From contig CDMY01000437.1 of the NCBI GenBank assembly GCA_001179505.1, positions 1 to 64,000 on the forward strand: DNA of 64,000 nucleotides. The letters are read 5' to 3'. The notes beneath the pieces are model-generated. The model saw only the letters and a list, made by a program, of their open reading frames with translations. It did not search any database and was not told the origin of the DNA. A program made the position numbers and the translations under genes. Positions 36,698-50,713 of this stretch are shown here, piece by piece; the first letter of the stretch is position 1, and the number at the start of each line of letters is the position of its first letter. Origin of the DNA: Vitrella brassicaformis CCMP3155. Taxonomy: Eukaryota; Protista; Chromerida.

Positions 36698-37721
36698 TGC
36701 AGGACGTACCTATGTGAGATGGACGAGTGGGTGAGCGGCCGCAAGGATGACCTCGTCGAGACGAAACTGCGGCTGCAGCAGCAGGAGGAGAGCCTCAAGG
36801 AAACCCAGTACCTGAGCTGAGCTAGACAGACTCACTCACTCAGCGCTACACACACATGGACTGCCTGCCTGCCTGCCTGCTTGTTCCCTCTCTCTCTCAG
36901 GAAGAGCCTTCAGCTGCTGACTGCGGCCCACAGCGACACAATGGCGCAGAAGACCGAAGCCGTCACCAAAAGGTGCGACCACTCGTCCACTCGTCCATTC
37001 AGCCACCTCGGTTGTTGTCCGTGTGTCGTGCAGCAAGCAGCTGGAGTCTGAGCTGCAGCAGGTCAGGAAGGACTGCCACCAGTGGGAAGTCCGCTACCAC
37101 AACGTCGAGCGCATCAGCAAAGAGGCCGAAAAGAAGGTACGTGACAGTGACAGTGACACCACCACCACCACCACACGCCATTGCACCTGTGTGTGTGTGT
37201 GTCTGTGTGTGTGGGTCACTGGTTCAGGTCAAGGCGTTGGAAGAGGACGTGCAGCGTCTGCAGAGCGAGCTGACTGGTGTGAGGGGCGAGCTCACCGAGG
37301 CCACCAAAAGACTGTCGGAGGACGACATTCAGAGGGAGGCGGAGCGACTCAAGCAAGAAGTCGCCGCACTGGTGCGCACCCCTCCCCGCCACACACACAC
37401 GTGCAACTGAATGCGTGTGAGTGTGTGTGTGTTTAGGAGCGGCAGCTGCGCTTACGTGAGGAGCAGGGCAAGGCGTTCGAGCAGCTCAAGCAGGAGAATC
37501 TGGACCTCAAGCTGCGCATCAACTCGCACAGGGAGGCGCAGCTGGAGAGCCAGGTGCTGGAGCTCAAGCAGCTCGTGGCGAGATACAAGGACCAGAACGA
37601 GGGGCTCCACGACAAACTCGCAAAGGTGCAGGTCGACATCCTCATACAGAAAACAGAGCTGACGCAGCTGCAGGTGCGCACAGACGGACAGACACACAGA
37701 CAGACACCATGGATGGCATTG

Positions 37722-37758
<37 letters not shown>

Positions 37759-39906
37759 CGTGTGTGTGTGTGTTGTGTGTCGATAGGACACACGAAAGCG
37801 TCAAGAGCTTGAGCTCGAGGCCGCCCAGAACGACGTCAAGCTGGCCCAGGCACAGAAGGACGAGCAGCTGCAGAAAACTGAGGAAAGGTATACTTACACA
37901 CACACACACACACACACTTGCAGAGGAGAGAGAGGGAGAGACCTGTGTGTGTGTGTGTATGTGTCAGTTTCAAGCAGCGTCTAGGAGAGATGGAGGCCGC
38001 CTTGGGTGAGGTGCAGAAGAAGGCCGACTCTCTGCAAGAGGAGCGCGCGCAGCTCACGGCCAACATAGAGTCAGTGATCGAGCTGTGAAAAAGACCACCA
38101 CGCAGACACAGTCACTGTCCATGTGTGTGTGTGTCTGTTTGCCTGCAGGGCGCTTGAGCAGGACAACAGCACCAGGGCGGCACGAGTGTCGCAGCTAGAG
38201 GAGGAGGTCAAGGCCCTCAACGAGAAGCTGGCCGAGCAGCAGGCCGCCGCGGCCACCGAGGAGCAGCAGCCTGCAGAGGCCCAGCCACAGACAGGTCAGT
38301 GACGTGACGACCCCCACTGCACAAGACACACATCATGATGTGGTTGGTCTGCACAGACGCTGAGTTGCTAGAGGCCAACGAGCGACTGCAGAAGGAGGTG
38401 CAGGCCCTCACTGAGGAGATGGGCAGCAAGACCAAGGAGCTCACCGAGCAGCTCGACGCCAGGCAGCAGGAGCTGGTCAAGCTGTCGGACGAGCTGCGCG
38501 AGGCGCGGAAGGAGATCGAGACGCTCACCGAAAACCGGGCCAGACACGAACAGCAGCAAGAGCAGCTGGAGGAGGTGCAGCGAGAGCTCACCGACGCCAG
38601 ACAGACCATAAGCGACGACAAACAGACATACGAGGTCACTCACACCACACCACACCACACCGCTCGAGTCATCCGTCCACCCAATCGTCCCTCTCTGTGT
38701 CCCTCTCAGGCGGAGATCAAGCGTCTGTCCGGCCGCATAACGGAGCTGGAGCAGGAGCGCGCCACCACCCTGGCAGCAGCGGAGGGCGAGGGCGACCACG
38801 CCCGGCAGCCCGTCGACTCGGCCGAGCTGCAGGAGTACAAGGAGTGTCTGGCGGCGGCCAGCACCCGGTGCGACCAACTCAACACCAAAGTGCAGAGCCT
38901 CACTACCGACAGGTATGTGGGTGGGCATCAATGCTGCCCAGAGAGAGGTGGACGGACAGATGACCTGGTGTGTGTTCTGATTGTGTGTGTGTGTCAGGGA
39001 CACCTGGCAGAAGAAGTACGAGGACCTACTCATGGCCTGCAAGATCAGGTAAGACATACCCCCACCCCCCCCCACACACACGGTGGGCAGGCAGGGAGAG
39101 GGTCACCTGCGTTGCTTCATCCATCCATCCATCCATCCCCCTTTGTCTGTGTCGATTCAGTGGTGGCATCATCAGCGAGGATGCCTCCCCAGCGGCAGCA
39201 GCAACCGCGGCAGCCGCAGCAGCAGCAGGTGGTAGTGCAGAGGGGCCCCTGACAAGCCGACCTGCCGCATCGTCGTTCCTCCAGGTCGGTCACTCAGGCA
39301 TTGCGTGGCCTCAGTTGTGATGTTTGTGTGTCCAGCAATACCGGAGTGAGGAAGAGGCGGATAGCCGCGCGACTGAGCTGGCGGAGGAGACCCGGCGGCA
39401 GATAGAGTGGCTGGGGCGGTCGGAGGAGGCACAGCAACCACAGCAACAACAGCAAGAGCAGCCGCAGGTCACTAGTACTGAATATGGGAGGGAGGGAGGG
39501 AATGACTGACTGCAGTGTGCCTGTTTGTGTCGTGTGTGGCGTATGTGCAGGAGTGGTCTGGGGCGGCTGTGGACGAGCCAATGGCAGAGGTACACAGCCT
39601 CCTACACACACACACACGCCCGCGCGCGATAAGCGGCGGCACACTGATGGATCCTCCCGTCACGTCTTCTGTGTGGCCTTCGTCCAGGTGGCTGGAGGAG
39701 GCCAGTCAACCAAGCGCAAGCGGCCGCTTGGCGAGTCTGAGCCACCTGCTGCAGCAGCAGCTGCTGCTGCTGCAGCTGCCGTGGCCCCCAGCACTGAGGG
39801 CGGCGCTGCTGGCGGTGGTGGTGGGAATGCGGCGGCTAGTGGCACTGGCAGTGTGGGCGAGGCCAAGGCGAAGGCCAAGACGAAGCGGCGAAAGGTCGAT
39901 GGGTAG
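32794..39906 (+). CDS. Very large acidic / coiled-coil protein with C-terminal basic NLS-like motifs
   Basis: About 20 exons. E/A/P/Q-rich N-terminus (MEEESAAPAQEEEEG...), long heptad-rich E/Q/K/L exons (RVRELEAALQSSRQEL..., LEANERLQKEVQAL...), C-terminal TKRKRP and AKTKRRKVDG*. Could be two genes, but I found no break. Confidence 0.75.
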
Positions 39907-40248
39907 ACAGAGGCCGATACATAGTCTGTCTTTCGGTCGGTCTGTCTGTCTGCCTGTAGCCGGATGGATGGATGGATGGCGTGTCTGTCTGTCTGTCTGG
40001 ACGTAGGTAGCCAGGTTGGTGCGACAGCTGACTGAGCGTTGGTTGGTTGGTTGGTTGGTCCACCCCTTCATTGATTTGGTCGAGGTCTGATCGACATCAA
40101 ATTGCGAACATGCCACGCATGACATAAACACACCGACGACACATCGACACGTCTCTCTCTTGGTCGACATAGACGGCCGGCCGGTCACTGATAAATCGTT
40201 GCACCTCCGTGTGTGTGTGTGTGCGACGGCATTCGCTCATTCACTCAT

Positions 40249-40681
40249 TCACACGCCATCAGCGGGCATGGACTGGGTGAGAAGGGGGTGGCTGGGCTCC
40301 TGCAGCAGCTCGTCCATCAGGTCGTCGTCAGCACTCTCGCGCAGCAGCTCAACCATACCCCGCGGCAAAATGGGCGTGTCTGTGCAGCGCAGCGACAGGG
40401 AGCCAGGCCACCAACACACACACAATTCACCACACCACACCCTGGCCGCTTAGCTCTGCTCCCTCCCCTACTCGCATCAGCGGCCTTCTTCGATCGGTGG
40501 CTGAGAGCGACGTAGCGGAAGGGCATGTTGGTGGAGTCATGCGCACCCTGTGTGTGTGACGGAGGGAGGGAAGAGGCACAAGACGTGTGTGTGGGGAAGC
40601 GAAGCGGCTGGGTGGGCGGCTGACTGACCGTGCGTATGTCAGGGTGGTCCACATACGGGATCTTCTCAAGCGCGACGCCAT

Positions 40682-40725
<44 letters not shown>

Positions 40726-41790
40726 GGCGTCCCACTGCCAGCGTCGCACCCACCCCCACACCTTCAAGAACGATCTTGCACACCAGCATCGCGGTGTCGG
40801 TCGTCATCTGAACATCATGGTGCGCAAACGCCCCTCAATCCGTCCCTCCCACAGGCACCTGCCCACCCACCTGCACACTCCCGAGGTTTCGTCTGTGAGG
40901 GAACCCTACCTTCCGCAGCTCCTGCGTCCGATCGTCCGACGGCACATTGCCTGGGCCAGACATCAATCAATCAATCACACACGGCACGACAGCAGCAGGC
41001 ACACCACACAGCCCTGCTGCTCAACTCAGCTCAACTGGCCTGCCTGCCGCCTGTGTCTGTGTGTGGTCACTCACCTAGAATGCCCCCAAACAGCACCGTG
41101 TCGAACAGAGCGGCGTCTGCGGGCGTGAGCGGCTCGGAGGCGTCCATCTGACACACACACGCATACACACAAATGAAATGAAGAGGCCCGGCCCGGCCGC
41201 TCTTGATTGGCGATAGTGTCCTCCTCCTCACATCCATCAGCACAGTGCGCTCTCGCGGGAAGTCTTTCTGGAGATCAGCAATGGACTCTGCGGACACACA
41301 ACAAAGCGGACACAACGAGGGCCCTTTCAGAGGTCTGCCTGCGGAGTCGTGCAGGGCAGGGCGTGGCTATGGGTGGCTGCCTGTGTAGACGCGCGGCGCA
41401 AAGCGGCTGTCCACACAGGCGAAGGACCTGCACTGACACACACACACGCAATGAGGCAGGCAGTCAGTCAGTCAACCAGCGGGTCGATCAACAGACAGGG
41501 ATACCCACCTGTCCTCATTTGGCCACTTGGTGAAGGCGAGGCGCTCGTCCTTGACCACCTCGCACATGTGGCCGTACTCCAGCGCACACCACCGCTGAAA
41601 TCATGATGCAGTCCAGCCAAACACAGAACAACGTCCGCTCCGATGCTGCTGGTTCGTTCCTTTGTCTCTGCAGCAGTGCGCATCTGACCGGCACGCCCTC
41701 CTCCAGGTGCTCCACCGCATAGATCTTCCCTTTGCCGCCGCCAGCTGCAGCGGCTGCTGCTGCCTTGACATCTGATGAGTCGGCCATCAC
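40249..41790 (-). CDS. SFM1: SPOUT-family protein-arginine methyltransferase SFM1 homologue
   Basis: Spliced product has YAVEHLEEGVP|RWCALEY, LMD|MDASEPLTPADAALFDTVLFGGILG, MTTDTA, IPYVDHPDI, TNMPFRYV, PILPRGMVELLRESADDDL. These match the Sfm1 motifs (YIIEHME, FGGILGD, QMTTDTA, EMPFRYV, PILP.GM.DL). One GC-AG intron. Confidence 0.92.
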
Positions 41791-41894
41791 TCAAGGGCAG
41801 CAGTTTCTGTCGCGCACTGCCTGAGGATCCATCTGCACCAATGTGTGCAGGATATCCTGCCTGCGTATTTTTGCCTTCTCCCCTCGAGGCGCCT

Positions 41895-41905
41895 GCGAGC
41901 TAAGC
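41895..41905 (-). promoter_or_regulatory. Candidate promoter motif GCTTAGCTCGC (reverse strand)
   Basis: GCGAGCTAAGC in the SFM1/ABCG divergent gap, 105 bp upstream of the SFM1 ATG. Confidence 0.6.
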
Positions 41906-42262
41906 CGCGAAACCTGCACTGAACGACACAAACATCCTTCTGTTCTTTTCTCTTCTCTCTGGGACAGTTGCAGCAGCAGAAAGGCACGCAAGAAGAGCCG
42001 TTCATTGTCCCCTCAACTCAACAACTCACCAACACAACCGCCCAACGTCGGAGGGAGAGACCGACACAACCAACCACACCACCCACACCAACGACCCGAC
42101 CTCTCCTCTGTCTGTCTGTCTGTCCTCTCTGCCTATTTCATCAAGCGAAGGAAGATCCACACACACACGCCTTGTCACTGGTCACTGGTCAGTCAGCTCT
42201 CGGTCACGGCAACCGAGTGTGTGTGTGGACTGTAACTGAGACTTCGGCGAGGGAGGGAAGGG

Positions 42263-44630
42263 ATGCAGTTCAAGGGCGAGCGGAAGTACACGCCCGTGTC
42301 CATACCAGTGGTCAGTCAGCACAACACACACACGTGCGCAGACCAACGACATGAAGGCTCGCTCGGGCTGTAAGCCTTTCCCTCTCTGTGTGTGTGTCTT
42401 GGCTGTCAGGACATAGAATGGCGTAACCTAGTCTATACGGTCAGGAGCAAAGGTGGCGGCAAGGGCGGCGGCGGCCACCAGGGCTATAAGAAGAAGAAGG
42501 CCGTGGAGACGGAGATCCTTCACGGCATCAATGGCTGCGTCAAGAGCGGCGAGTTCGTCGCCGTCATGGGGCCTTCTGGCAGCGGCAAGACCAGCCTGCT
42601 CAACGCACTCTCCTCGCGCACATCTGTGGGCGTCAGCGGAGACCTCCTGGTAATGGGCTTTCACACACTGATGGATGGATGGATCGAGACAATGGCCGGG
42701 GTGGGTGCTCTGCTGTGTGTGTCGGGCAGATCAACGGTGAGAATCGGTCCAAGGCTGCCAAGAGGGTCACTGGCTACGTCATGCAGCGCGACATGTACGT
42801 GTGTGTGCACACACACACACAGAGAGAGAGAGAGAGATGATACCCCTGTCTGTCTCTCACACACGGTGCAGATTCTTCGAGTACCTGACGGTGTTCGACA
42901 CGCTGCGGTACACCGCCCTGCTGCGGATGAGCAAGACGCTGACCAAGGAGGAGAAGATCTCGAGGGTTCGCTCCGTCATGGAGCAGCTGGGACTCACCAA
43001 ATGCTCGTCAACCATCATCGTAAGGACTCACACGCACACACACACTCGCACCTGTGTTGATGGTGCCAACGGTGTGTGTGTGTGTCCATCAGGGGAACGC
43101 CTTCAACCGTGGGATATCTGGCGGGGAGCTGAAGCGGCTCAACATAGCCAACGAGCTGCTCTTCAACCCCTCACTCCTCATTCTGGGTGCGCTGCACTGC
43201 ACCACACTCTCGCACACAGACAGACAGACAGGCAGACAGGCAGACACACAGATGGGCGTCGAATATCTGACTGGTTTGCAGACGAGCCGACGTCTGGCCT
43301 GGACAGCAGCAGCGCACTGGCGCTCACGTCGACCCTCAAAGAGATGGCAGAGAAGGCCAGGAGAACGGTACTCCCAAACCAGACCCACACCAAACACACA
43401 CAAAGCTGCCACCGCACCGTGTGTGTATGTATGTGTGTGTGGTGTGGCTGCAGATCATATGTTCGATTCACCAGCCGTCGAGTCAGATATTTGCCCAGTT
43501 CGACCGGCTCATCCTGATGATGGGCGGCCACATCGTCTACCAGGGCGACGCCCATGCCGCCTACAGCTACTTCAGCTCAATCGGTACCCTCCCCCCCCCT
43601 CCAGCCCTCCCACGCCCCCACCCCACACACACCGACACACACCCTGTAGCAAACCAAACAACCAAGGCGCTTGTGTGTGTGTGTGTGGATGAGTGCAGGT
43701 CACCAGTGCCCCGTCGGCTTCAACATGGCCGACTACCTGATGGACCTGCTCAACGAGCCGCAGCTGCAGGACAAGCTCGTCAAGGCGTACGCGCAGCGCT
43801 GCACCGTCGACGACGAGGGCCGCTACAGCATGACGGGGTGCGTGGCCATCCTCCCCCCCACCGTCAGCACCACCACCAAGCTCGCCCTCACCCCCACAGC
43901 TGCGACAACCGACAAGGGCGCGCTCTCCCCAACGATGGCATCTTCTGACAATGACGCCTCCAAGACCTCACACACAGCAGCAGAGGACGACTCAGACCTC
44001 AGCAACAAGGTCAGACAGAGCCCCACCCACCTCCACCATACCGGACTTTCTCTCTGTCTCTCTCTCTGTCCGTGTGTCAGTCATCCGAGTCGCCCGACCA
44101 GGGTGAGGAGCTGGCGGGAATGGCTGACCCCGAGCCCGCCTCGCCCGTGCGGCGGCGGAAGTCGTCGCAGCACGATGTCGAGAGGGGGGACGCCCCCGGG
44201 TGCTCATCGCCGATTTCGGCAGCGTCGCCCCGCACGACCTACACGCGTCAGAAGAGCGTCAAGGAGCTGGTGGAGGAGACCACACAGACACCGCCGTACT
44301 GGGAACTGGTGCGCATTTCCCCCACCCCCCCTCACATACACACACAGACAGAGAGACAGAGAGATGTGTCACCTCTCTCTGCGTGTGTGTCCGTCACGGT
44401 CAGTGTGCGGTTTTGTGGCAGCGGGCCCTGAAGACAGGTTCAGGCGGCGTGCTGACCAAGCTCAACCTCTTTCAGTGCGTCGCCGTGGCCACCATCTGCG
44501 GGCTGCTCTGGTGGCAGAACCTCACAAGCTACACAGAGGCCAAGCTGCAGGACCGCCTGGGCATCCTCTTCTTCATCAAGTAATCAAGAGCCCCGACCCC
44601 ACAGCCCACCCACCACTTGCCCCCTCCCTC

Positions 44631-44661
<31 letters not shown>

Positions 44662-45577
44662 TCTATCACGGCTTCATCCCCATGTTCTCGGCCCTCACGA
44701 CCTTCCCCCCCGAGCGCTCGGTGGTGGCCAAGGAGCGCGCCGCCAAGAGCTACCCCATCTCCTCCTACTTCTTGGCTCGGTCCTTCAGCGACCTGCCCAT
44801 CCAGCTCGTCTACCCGCTGCTCTTCCTGTGCATCGTGTACCCCATGGTGGGGATGCCGTGGACAGCTGCTGACGTGCTGGTAGGTGGGATGAGGGTGGGA
44901 GAGGAGAGGGCGAGAGGGCGGTTGTTGATGTGTGGACGGACGTGCTGGCTGGTGTGTGTGTGTGTCGTAGGGGACGGTTTGCACGCTGCTGGCCAATGTG
45001 CTGGTGGCTCACTCTTTTGGGCTGCTGGTGTCGGCTCTCTGCAAGGACTTCCAAACAGGTATGGTGATGCGTGTGGCGCAATCATTGCTTCCTTCCCTCC
45101 TCCTGTATGTGTGTGTGTGGTGATTGTTTCCTCACCGTCTGTCTGTCTGTCTGTCTGTCTGTGACACTTACACAGGCGCCATATCGATGAGCATCCTGAT
45201 GCTGCTGTTCATGCTGTCTGGCGGCTACTACGTCGACAAGAACAACATCCCCCTCTGGATCTCATGGGTCTCGCGCATCTCATTCATCGGTCAGCCACAC
45301 CTTCCCCCCCTCTCCACCCCTCTCCCCCCAACACCCTCTCTCTCTCTCTCTCTGTCTGTCTGTCTGTCTTTCTCTCTCTGTGTGTGTGTGGCAGACTACA
45401 CCTTCAACGCCCTTCTCGCGTTGAATTTGGAGCATCGGCGGCTGTCGTGCGCCGAGCTGTCTAGCTTTGAGGTGTGTTCGGCGCCTGGCGTGAGTGACTT
45501 CAGCGGTCGGGAGGTGATGGACGTGTTCGGCCTTTACCTGACCTTTGGGGAGTGCATTGCCGTACTCGCAGGTCAGC

Positions 45578-45610
<33 letters not shown>

Positions 45611-45732
45611 TCAGAGACACACACATGGACGGGGCTGTGTGTGTGTGTGTGTATTGTGTAGGTTTCTTCATCGTGCTGCGGTTCACCACCTACCTGGTGC
45701 TGCGGTTCGGCAAGCTCCTCAAGCTAGAATGA
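42263..45732 (+). CDS. ABCG (White-family) half transporter, NBD-TMD
   Basis: Walker A GPSGSGKTSLL, signature ISGGELKR, Walker B LLIL|DEPTSGLDS, H-loop SIHQP, CP.GFNMADY, and a TMD with ERSVVAKER..YFLA. Ends FGKLLKLE*. Start codon is tentative. Confidence 0.95.
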
Positions 45733-47158
45733 GAATGAGACACAGGCGATCCCACTCCCAGAGAGAGAGAGAGAGAGAGGCCTGTTCTGTGGGTCTGTGC
45801 GTAACGCTCTGAGAGCTGGTGGAAGGGGTGCATATGTGTGTGAAGGGGACAAGGGGACAACTTCCTGAAGTTGTCGTGTGCCGCCTGTCTGTTGTTTGCC
45901 GTCGAGTCCCTCTGCTGACGACCTCCGGCCGGGGCAAAACTCTTGGTCCGAAGGTCTCGCGTAGCGGGATTCGACGGAGACAACCGACAGAGAGCACGAG
46001 ACAGATAGAATGGTTTCGTGTGCCGGCTGGATCCGGTCCGTCTGTTTGCTCGTGTGGGGTGCGTGTGTGCGTGTGTCTTCATCTGCTCAGTGGGCGTGTA
46101 CCATGGAGGGATGGATGGGGTGCATCGGGAGGGGCCTTCGTTGTTTGTTTTTTGAGGGGCCGAGGGGTTTCTTTCCTTTTCGTTTTCCTTTCGTTTTGTT
46201 TGCCGTCTGTTAACGAACGAAGTGCACATTGTTTTTCTCTGTGCTGCATTATCATGATGTGACAAAACCGTACCACACACCAAGTCGATCTTTTCTTACG
46301 GACCTCTTTCCGTGTGCGTCTCGTCCTGTCTCCCTTCTCATACACAGACAGCCAACACACACAACACAACACAACACAACACCAGACAGACAGCCACATT
46401 TGGCGGCCGGCGGGATGCATATTAGTCAGTCAGTCACTTTGAAAAAATTCGATTTGCTTACTGCCTGCCTCTCTGCTGTCCGTCCGTGTGATACAGGGAG
46501 AGAGGGGGGCGAGTGCCGTCCGTTGCTTTGCTTTCATACCGTTCACACCCACAGCCATCCATAAAGTGCACTGCACTCATCGAGTCTCTCCATCGCTCTC
46601 TGCTCTTTTTGCTTGCGCAGAGGGGGAGGACGGACCGATGAGATGAGGGCAGACACACACAGGCAGTGCAGTGGAGTGAAGTGGAAGGGTGCACGGTGCA
46701 CACGGCTCTCTGCGTGCGTGTGCGTGGGTGCCCTTTTCTAGTGGATGGATGGATGGATGGGGATGCACAACACACACAGTTGTGTGTGTGCAGACACGAC
46801 TTCATACGGACGGGGGAGCGGACACAGAGAGAGAGCGAGCATATAGAGGAGAGGCTGGCCGCACCACACACACACAAAGCGGGTGCAGCAGAGAGAGTCA
46901 GTGGTGCGAGGGTCCGATCCCCAGTAGTAGTAAGAGTGATTTTTAGTGCCTCCCTCGATGATTCATTAACGCTGCGGCCAGCTGATGTTTGTGTGCACGT
47001 GCGTTGCCTCTGCTGTCTGTCTGTCTGTCTCCCCATGTGTGAGCGTCCTCGCCTTTAAGCGCCTTCCTTGCTCCTTGTCCATCATCTCATCTAGCCTGAC
47101 CATGGGTGTTTTGTTGGTTCTTTTCCCGTCTGGCTGCCTACGTCGTCGTCGTCACGTG

Positions 47159-47206
<48 letters not shown>

Positions 47207-47209
47207 GGG

Positions 47210-47509
47210 NNNNNNNNNNNNNNNNNNNNNNNNNNNNNNNNNNNNNNNNNNNNNNNNNNNNNNNNNNNNNNNNNNNNNNNNNNNNNNNNNNNNNNNNNNN
47301 NNNNNNNNNNNNNNNNNNNNNNNNNNNNNNNNNNNNNNNNNNNNNNNNNNNNNNNNNNNNNNNNNNNNNNNNNNNNNNNNNNNNNNNNNNNNNNNNNNNN
47401 NNNNNNNNNNNNNNNNNNNNNNNNNNNNNNNNNNNNNNNNNNNNNNNNNNNNNNNNNNNNNNNNNNNNNNNNNNNNNNNNNNNNNNNNNNNNNNNNNNNN
47501 NNNNNNNNN
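47210..47509. other. Assembly gap (300 N) flanked by (GT)n and poly-G
   Basis: Directly visible. Confidence 0.99.
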
Positions 47510-48740
47510 GAAGGCCTCTCTGTCTGACTGTCTGTCTGTGTGTGAAGGGACCACTGCACCACTGCCGCCACATTTTTGGTCAAACAAGGCTGACAGGCTG
47601 AGGGGCAGGGAGGGAGGGAGAGAGAGAGAGAGGGCACCTGGGCGTCTATCTACGTGCCTATAGGTACCTTGCTTGTCAGTGGCAGGGCAGCTGGGCACTC
47701 TTGTAGTGAGTGCTGCAAGAGAATGATGAGTTGAGTGATTGCTGACTGAGAGTTTTGTCTTTTTGTTTCCTCTCGAGGGATCCCACCACTCATTCGCACA
47801 TTGAGTGCAGCGCGCCGCGCCCAGTCGACCACACAGCTGCAGATCGGCACACCACACGTGTGTGTGTGTGTGTGTGTATATGCTGTGTGGCTCTCGACAC
47901 GGCCCGACCGTGGTGTGAGGTGTTTGTTGTGTATGGTAGCTACTATCGCATCTGTCTGTGTATGTGTGCATTGATTGGGAAGGGCTGCAGGCCAGCTGAG
48001 ACTGACCATTGCCCGGCAGCTGGCAGCGACTGAGCGAATGACTGAGGACTGAGTGTGTATCTATGGGATATGCTGTTTTATCTGTCCGTCTGTCTGTATA
48101 TCCGTCTGTCTGTCTGTCTGATTGTGGCGCATGACGTGTGTGACGACTGACTGACTGACTGACTGACCAGAGGGCACGAAGAGCAGCAGACTGGTGCGTG
48201 CGTGGCCAAGGGGACTGACTTTATCCGGTGGCCTTTCTCTCTTCGGATCAATAATCCTGATAACGATGCAGCCTCTCGCCGAACGATTGCAACACCTTTA
48301 CGCAGACAGACAGACAGACAGAGAGCTGTCCCCATCAGTCAGTCAGTCAGCGCTATCACGTGTGTGTCAAACCATAGCCAGGCAGAAACGCATCAGCATC
48401 AAACAGACGAGGGATGGCTGGAGGGGTGGGTGACAGGCCAACACAGTCGCTTCGTTCAACAGACGCATGGCAGAAATCTGCCGCTCATCGAAGGTGAGTC
48501 GTGGAGACCAAGCACACACGCAGCCAGGAATCGTGAAAAAACAGACCTGATCAAAATGTCCCTGTGGACAAGAGGCACCCCGCACCCTTGAAATCAGTCT
48601 GCCCATCTCTTCGTTCACACGAACACGCAGGCACACAGGAAAGAAACAAGCCGCCGCCACCAGCTCGCCTCTCTCTCTCTCGCCGCTCGCCTCTCTCTCT
48701 GCGCGTGTCGGCCGCTGGGTGGATCGGTCTGCTTGTCTAC

Positions 48741-49412
48741 CTACGCCGAAGTGGATTGGTTCTTCTCGATGTAGCTGACGGCGTCGGCGACGGTGACGAT
48801 GTTGGTGGCCTCCTCGTCGGGGATCTCAATCCCGAACTTCTCCTCAAAGGCCATGACCAGCTCCACGCTGTCAAGACTGTCGGCTCCCAGGTCCTGCACA
48901 CAGACAGACAGACAGACACCCATCACACACAGAGAGAGAGAGAGAGAGAGACAAATCGACTGCATGCCCGTTGGTCATGAGTCATGGTTGGTTGTTGTGA
49001 TGACGTGCGCACCTGCACGAAGTTGGCGGAGTCGGTGACCTTCTCCTTGTCGACGCCAAGCTGCTCCGCCACCAGGTCCTTGACACGCTCAAGCACCTCC
49101 GGCTCGGCCCGCAGCACCAGCAGCGACTGATGGGTGGCGGGGCGATACCGCAGACCTCCACGAAGCACCACAGAAGGGGCGGGCGCCACAAACGCTGCAC
49201 ACACACACACACACACACGCGCAGATCAGGTCACATCAGAGACCGCGCTGGCTGCATGAGCCGCGCATCTATGTCGGCGTGCGTGTCTTGTCTCCACCTG
49301 TGCATCTGATCTGATCTGCCGTCGCGTGCGGGTGTTGAGTGAGCATACCGCTGCTGAGGGTGACGAGTGCAGCGAGCACAGCGCCGAAGAGGGCGGTCCT
49401 TCTGAACATCAT
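48741..49412 (-). CDS. ACP: Acyl carrier protein (type II FAS) with bipartite plastid-targeting leader
   Basis: Three exons: [21 protein letters not shown]|[14 protein letters not shown]...[18 protein letters not shown]..|[29 protein letters not shown]. Phosphopantetheine motif DSL. Signal peptide followed by A-F and a basic transit peptide. Confidence 0.97.
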
Positions 49413-49749
49413 GGCGACTCGGCTGCCTTCAGGAAGAGAGTGACGAGGGCTGATGGGAGGAGCGGGTGTGAGCGTCAGCGTCGCTGTGTTTTACGTCGAC
49501 CCCAGTGGATTTGATCTCGCAAGCAAAAGCCGGGAACTTCGGCCTTTTCTGGTGCAGAATCAAGCCACACGCGCTGTGCCAGACCGCATTGCCAACACGC
49601 AATGAGCCCGCGGATCATCCGCTCTCCGCTGCGTTGACCGCCAGCCATTCGGGAAAAAAGCAGCCGCGAGGCGTCCACACGTCGTCGTTATCGGCCCTCT
49701 CTCCCTCCCTCCCTCTGTCTGTCTGTCCGTCGGTCTGTCGGTCGTTTAC

Positions 49750-50713
<964 letters not shown>

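Noticed and set aside
46930-46990. Possible box C/D snoRNA (GTGATT..GATGAT..CTGA)
   Set aside because: Imperfect C box, too short, and no terminal stem.
45800-48700. Dozens of 60-350 aa ORFs rich in CV/TH/RE/DR repeats, including those reading through the N gap
   Set aside because: Translations of (GT)n, (CA)n, (GA)n and (GACA)n microsatellites or of Ns. No splice-consistent coding signal.
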